DNA of 64,000 nucleotides from Candidatus Alloclostridium intestinigallinarum (GTDB lineage: Bacteria; Bacillota; Clostridia; Christensenellales; UBA3700): the NCBI GenBank assembly GCA_904393845.1, contig CAJFNB010000001.1, positions 127,623 through 191,622 on the forward strand. Reading direction: 5' to 3'. Made by a program: the position numbers and the translations under genes. A model generated the notes under the pieces. It was not told the origin of the DNA, did not search any database, and worked only from the letters and a program-made list of their open reading frames with translations. This document shows positions 59,682 through 64,000 of this stretch, one piece after another. Numbering within the stretch: the first letter of the stretch is position 1; each line of letters starts with the position of its first letter.

Positions 59682-59892
59682 CCCGTAGCCGACCCCAGTA
59701 AAACATATTTTACCGTAAAGAATAAAATATGTGTATATATTTGGGTGTAAAATACATGCTTTTAGCGTAACTGGTTTCGGGCAGATTTGTGCGAGATGGC
59801 GCTCAGTTGTAGTAACCTACAACAAGTCGACAGATTGTGCAAATATGCCGAAAGCAGTACGATTAAAGTGTTCTACTGAGGTTGGGTACGGG
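59682..59892. mobile_element. MITE-like element, copy 2
   Basis: Ends cccgtagccgaccccagtaaaacat and gtgttctactgaggttgggtacggg match at about 20 of 25 positions as inverted repeats. Internal blocks are shared with copy 1. The right end overlaps the murB stop codon. Confidence 0.6.
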
Positions 59893-60748
59893 TATTTGCC
59901 ATATTATTTATAATTTCTATTTCATATTCGAGCGGAAGCGGTACTCCCGCCCTCACCTTTTCCGCAAGTTCGTAATAGTCGCGCGCGGTACCCGTGCCCG
60001 TATTCACTATAAAACCCGCGTGTTTTTCGCTCACCTGCGCTCCGCCGACGACCGTTCCTTTGAATCCCGCCTGTTCTATGTAATACGCGCTTGAAATATC
60101 TCCGCACTTTTTGAAAGTGCAGCCCAGGGACGGCCGTCCCGGCTGGGTAGACGCGCGCAACGCCTGCCATACGCGCATATCCTCTTCTATTTTATTTCCG
60201 TCGGACGGCGTAAGGCGGAGCATTACCCCCAGAATAAGCCCCGCGCCCTTTAACGAACTGCGGCGGTAGGAAAAGTCGATGTCCTTGGCGTACAGCCGTT
60301 CTATCCTGCCGCCGGCGGCAACGTCCGCATACACCAGAACGTCGCTTATCTCCCTGCCGTAACAGCCGCTGTTTCCCGCCGCGGCTCCGCCAACCGTGCC
60401 GGGAATTCCGCACAGCTGTTCCATACCCGAAAGCCCGCGCATTCGCGCCCATCTGCAGACGGAAGACAGGCTTTCGCCCGCCATGACGTATAAATCGCGC
60501 TCCCCGTCTATTATCCCCTTCATTCCGCGCATACATACGGCAATATCAATATCGCCGAGAACGAGCGTGTTGGTGATTCCGCCCAGATACACCGCGCCGC
60601 CACACGCCTTCGCCGCTTTTGCCGCGGCGGTGAAGTCGGACGGAAATACGGCGGTTTTAACGGTAAATTCGTCGCCGAAAGAACTTTTCAGGCGGCAGTC
60701 GCGCTTTATCGCGCAGCCGCATTTTTTCAGATTCTCTTCAAAAGCCAT
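59873..60748 (-). CDS. murB: UDP-N-acetylenolpyruvoylglucosamine reductase
   Basis: 291 aa; FAD-binding region GGITNTLV and the C-terminal MurB-like SxxHAGFIVN motif. Confidence 0.85.
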   Translation of the reverse strand: MAFEENLKKCGCAIKRDCRLKSSFGDEFTVKTAVFPSDFTAAAKAAKACGGAVYLGGITNTLVLGDIDIAVCMRGMKGIIDGERDLYVMAGESLSSVCRWARMRGLSGMEQLCGIPGTVGGAAAGNSGCYGREISDVLVYADVAAGGRIERLYAKDIDFSYRRSSLKGAGLILGVMLRLTPSDGNKIEEDMRVWQALRASTQPGRPSLGCTFKKCGDISSAYYIEQAGFKGTVVGGAQVSEKHAGFIVNTGTGTARDYYELAEKVRAGVPLPLEYEIEIINNMANTRTQPQ

Positions 60749-60910
60749 AATTCATTGTATGTGCTTTAAGGGCAAAAAGCACACCGAATAAAAATTTTTA
60801 TTATGCCCACACTTTACAGGACGGCACCCGTGCGGCGCTTGCGGAATTGTCCCGAAAGGACATATTTGATTGTTCCGCCCGGTTCCGTAATAAAATTTAC
60901 AGGAGTTAGT

Positions 60911-61495
60911 ATGCAACTTAAAGACAGTAAGACTTTTCAGAATCTGACAAACGCCTTTGCGGGCGAATGTATGGCAATGGTAAGATACCGCTTCGTATCT
61001 TACGGCGCAACCCAGCAGGGCTACAAGGCTCTGGCGGCGCTTGTGGACGACGTTATCTACAACGAATTCCAGCACGCGCGTATGCTCTACACCTTTATAG
61101 AGTCGGCGGACAAGGGTACGATAAACAATCTGCCCGTAAATTCCGGCTATCCTTTCAAGGAAAAGTGGAATCTGCTCGACAACCTGAAATTTGCCGCCGA
61201 CGACGAGGAAGCGGAAGTGGAAATTTACTCCGCGTTTGCCAAGACGGCGCGCGAAGAAGGCTTCAAGGACGTGGCGGGACTTTTTGAAAACCTCACGCAG
61301 GTGGAAACCTGCCATAACAAGCTGTTCACGCAGCTTTATACGCAGATGAAGGACGGAAGTATGTATAAAAAGCCTCAGGCGATAAAGTGGAAGTGCGGCG
61401 ACTGCGGCTACGAAGCCACATCCAAAGAGGCATGGACAGAATGCCCCATGTGCCAGGCAAAGCAGGGCGCCGTCCTTATACAGATAGAAGATTGA
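60911..61495 (+). CDS. rbr: Rubrerythrin
   Basis: TFQNLTNAFAGECMA ferritin-like diiron domain plus a C-terminal rubredoxin-like CGDCGY...CPMCQ. ATG at 60911 follows an AGGAG RBS. Confidence 0.9.
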   Translation: MQLKDSKTFQNLTNAFAGECMAMVRYRFVSYGATQQGYKALAALVDDVIYNEFQHARMLYTFIESADKGTINNLPVNSGYPFKEKWNLLDNLKFAADDEEAEVEIYSAFAKTAREEGFKDVAGLFENLTQVETCHNKLFTQLYTQMKDGSMYKKPQAIKWKCGDCGYEATSKEAWTECPMCQAKQGAVLIQIED

Positions 61496-61565
61496 TGCGC
61501 CGCAGATAAAGACGATACGGCAACTCGGTCGACAGGCGGCGCGTAGCACCGCCTATGCCATAGAT

Positions 61566-61603
61566 AAAAAGAAACGCCGCTTGAAAGCGACGTTTCTTTT
61601 TTT
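61566..61603. terminator. Bidirectional rho-independent terminator
   Basis: Hairpin aaagaaacgccgc / gcgacgtttcttt between an A-run and a T-run. Confidence 0.7.
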
Positions 61604-61634
61604 GGGTGATACCTGCGACAGGTAGAGTGTCTTA

Positions 61635-62114
61635 TTATTCGTTTTTCGCAGAGGGCATTTCCTGCATATTTTCAGGTGCGGCTGTATGTACCTTTGCGGC
61701 GGGAGCGTTTACCTTTGCCCTTTCTTCCATAACCTGCAAAATCTGGTTGTAAAGCTCCTTTATCTTACTCTTTTCCCCACGCTTGAATGTAATGCTTTCA
61801 AATCTGCCCCCTATGCCTATGGAAAGTCTTACCCTTGCGGACAAAATTGCTAACACCGCAATTACAATGCCGAACACTATGATTACAACCCCGACAATGA
61901 TATTTAGCATAGCAGCGGAGACTATACCCGTGATAAGAAACAACGCGCCAAATATAAGTCCGAGGGGATTCATTGTACGAGCGTATGCAAGCGATTCTAT
62001 CTTATCAATATAAAGCCTATTCTCCAAAAAATTGCTTCGTTTTTTCATGGTAAGAATAATTTCGTTTTTCGTAACTTCAACGCTGTCATACTGTATTGCT
62101 ATATTTCTTGCCAT
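61635..62114 (-). CDS. Hypothetical membrane protein (two TM helices)
   Basis: Start taken at MARNIAIQ after an AGGGAGAG RBS. AT-rich and without recognisable motifs. Confidence 0.5.
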   Translation of the reverse strand: MARNIAIQYDSVEVTKNEIILTMKKRSNFLENRLYIDKIESLAYARTMNPLGLIFGALFLITGIVSAAMLNIIVGVVIIVFGIVIAVLAILSARVRLSIGIGGRFESITFKRGEKSKIKELYNQILQVMEERAKVNAPAAKVHTAAPENMQEMPSAKNE

Positions 62115-62176
62115 ATATTCTCTCCCTTGCCTTAATGGCAATATTTTTATTATATTTCGAATTCTATAAAATGCTA

Positions 62177-62395
62177 TTAGGATCTATAAGAATCCGCATC
62201 ACTTATAGAACTGTTTTCAAGATAACCATTACAACAACCGTAAGGAGAAACTCTTCTCTTCAAATGCCTACAATAGTTTAATTTAAGCTCTCCGCAAGTT
62301 TTCCCCTTGTCATCATCCCAATAACAGATATTAGTAAAATCCTCATACTCTTTCTCGTAGCTAAAACAATTTTTGCAATATTTTTCAAGAGCCAT
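62177..62395 (-). CDS. Small Cys-rich protein (7 Cys in 72 aa)
   Basis: AGGGAGGG RBS; CKNC...C...C...C...CC pattern. AT-rich. Confidence 0.5.
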   Translation of the reverse strand: MALEKYCKNCFSYEKEYEDFTNICYWDDDKGKTCGELKLNYCRHLKRRVSPYGCCNGYLENSSISDADSYRS

Positions 62396-62596
62396 ATATT
62401 CCCTCCCTTTGCCTTAACGGCAAATAAATTTACAAAGAAAGTGTAACATATTACCCCCCCCCGTCAACTGTTTAGCTCATTTTTATAAATAATTTACGTT
62501 TGTTGAATTTATTTTAAGTGTTGCGATATGGATATGCGCGCGGACGCTCCGCACTCCGACGCCTCTTTTTTACAACAGCCGTGAATATTTTTATGG

Positions 62597-62625
62597 TTGC
62601 GCGCGCCGCCGATTTATAGTATAAT
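62597..62625 (+). promoter_or_regulatory. Candidate promoter of the DUF4011-type gene
   Basis: TTGCGC, a 17-nt spacer and TATAAT, about 40 nt upstream of the ATG at 62666. Confidence 0.45.
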
Positions 62626-62665
62626 ATCCGTATAGCGAATTTACTTCCGCTCGAAGGACTGTCAC

Positions 62666-64000
62666 ATGAGTAAAAAGTCAAAATATCTTTCTGAAACATT
62701 GGAAATAGAAAGCCAACTGCTCCCGGACGCAGGATACGGCACTTATTATTGCCGTCTGCCTTTGTTCACCCTGCTCAGGCTGAACAATAAGGGGGAATCT
62801 TCAACGGACGCGCTTACCGTGAAGATTTCAAGCGCGGAAGAAGGCGGTCAGCCCGGACTTATCGTTGCCAAAGAGATAGAAATTGACGATATACAGCCCG
62901 ATTCGGGCGTGGAGATTAACGCCGGAAGCGTGCTCAACCCCAAATTCCTGGCGGAGCTGAACGAGATAACTTCACGAACGGTTACCGTGACGGTTTTTTC
63001 CGGCAAAGAAGAAGTGCTGAGCGTGCAGAATGAAGTCCGCTGCCTGCCCATAGACTGCTGGCCGGGGCTGGGCGCAAGCGTGGAAATGCTCTCCACCCTG
63101 GTGCGCCCCAAGCTGGCGGACTGCCGCAAAATTTTGTCGGAAGCCGCTCTCCAGATGCAAAAATGGGGCTATCCGTCCGAATGGAGCGGCTATTCGGGCA
63201 ACGACAAAAACGCCGTGCGCTCCGCCGCCGCGGCGATATATTCGGCGATAAGGGCGCAGGATTTGACCGCCCTGCCCGAAAATTCGCTGACCCTGCCCCA
63301 ACAGACGGGCGATTTGACGGAAGTGCTGTCCAAAAAAGAGGCTACGCCTTTGCAGGCGGCCCTGCTTTACGCTTCGTGCATAGAAAGCGCGGGACTTAAT
63401 CCCGTTATCGTGCTCGGGGAAGAGGGCGTCGCCGCAGGCGTATGGCTCAGGGAGAACTGCTTCACCTCGACCTGCATAGACGACATGTCCGTAATAGAAA
63501 AATATGTGCAGGACGGCGTGAACAACCTGGCGGTATTCGACGTTAACGATATATTCTCGCACAAAAACGCCAGCTTTACCACGAGCGGAACGCACTTTGC
63601 GGCGGCTTTGAAGCGCGGCGATTACGAAGTTGCGCTCGACGTGAAGAGATGCCGCATAGGAGGACTTTTCCCCCTGCCCATCAAGGTGAAACAGAACGGG
63701 AAATACGAGCTTCTGGACGAAAAGAGTTTTTCCTACGACAACAAGCCGGAAGAGCTGCCCGTGTTCAGCGCAAAAGAACGTGGCGCAAGCAAGGAACGCA
63801 CCTGGCAGAGGCGCCTGCTGGATTTGTCTTTGAAAAACAATCTGCTCGCCTTCAAGACGGGCGGCGACTGCGTAAGAATACTTTCCTGCGACCTTACTTC
63901 TTTCATTCAGGGGCTGGATAGTGCGGACAAGTTCAATCTGCTCCCCTCCGCGCAGGAGGTGAACCAGCCGTCCGGATTCGGCGAAAGTCTGGAAGTGCGC
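62666..64000 (+). CDS. N-terminal 445 codons of a large DUF4011-type (SF1 helicase-associated) protein; continues past the window
   Basis: I translated the frame by hand from ATG 62666 to base 64000 and found no stop. The ORF track lacks it because no stop is reached. It contains WQRRLLDLSLKNNLLAFK, the hallmark DUF4011 motif. Confidence 0.7.
   Translation, partial: MSKKSKYLSETLEIESQLLPDAGYGTYYCRLPLFTLLRLNNKGESSTDALTVKISSAEEGGQPGLIVAKEIEIDDIQPDSGVEINAGSVLNPKFLAELNEITSRTVTVTVFSGKEEVLSVQNEVRCLPIDCWPGLGASVEMLSTLVRPKLADCRKILSEAALQMQKWGYPSEWSGYSGNDKNAVRSAAAAIYSAIRAQDLTALPENSLTLPQQTGDLTEVLSKKEATPLQAALLYASCIESAGLNPVIVLGEEGVAAGVWLRENCFTSTCIDDMSVIEKYVQDGVNNLAVFDVNDIFSHKNASFTTSGTHFAAALKRGDYEVALDVKRCRIGGLFPLPIKVKQNGKYELLDEKSFSYDNKPEELPVFSAKERGASKERTWQRRLLDLSLKNNLLAFKTGGDCVRILSCDLTSFIQGLDSADKFNLLPSAQEVNQPSGFGESLEVR

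Overview
GC-rich Firmicutes/Clostridia-type chromosomal segment; the T-box leader, DegV, archaeal-type SipW peptidase and rpsF-ssb-rpsR support that placement. Most of it is housekeeping. It holds a complete trpEGDCFBA operon behind a Trp T-box leader and a pstS-pstCA-pstB-phoP-phoR phosphate module. It also holds argS, ychF, asnA, cysK, tcdA, mnmE, murB, ppa, comEC, rubrerythrin, tmRNA and several carbohydrate-related genes (GH2, GH18, GPH symporter, NodB deacetylase). The standout is a seven-gene plus-strand locus (27.9-34.7 kb). It encodes an archaeal/ER-type SipW signal peptidase, five proteins with TasA/camelysin-like features (four carry a near-identical G-[AS]-[ST]-F-A-L-F signal-peptide end), and one orphan membrane protein. 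The last TasA-like gene is an 858-aa fusion to three Gly/Asn-rich, beta-helix-like modules, one of them in an AT-rich cassette. I read this as an uncharacterised multi-subunit extracellular fibre/adhesin system. The accessory, visibly AT-rich patches are a truncated integrase at the left edge, a 2.3-kb islet next to ssrA with an HNH-fusion gene, and a small two-gene patch with a G9 tract in a promoter spacer. The partial right-edge gene that follows (DUF4011-type helicase N-terminus) is not itself called AT-rich. The window also carries a modular intergenic repeat family, including a 3 x 108 bp tandem array, and two copies of a ~220-bp MITE-like element with terminal inverted repeats. All calls rest on reading the sequence and the ORF translations; no database search was run.
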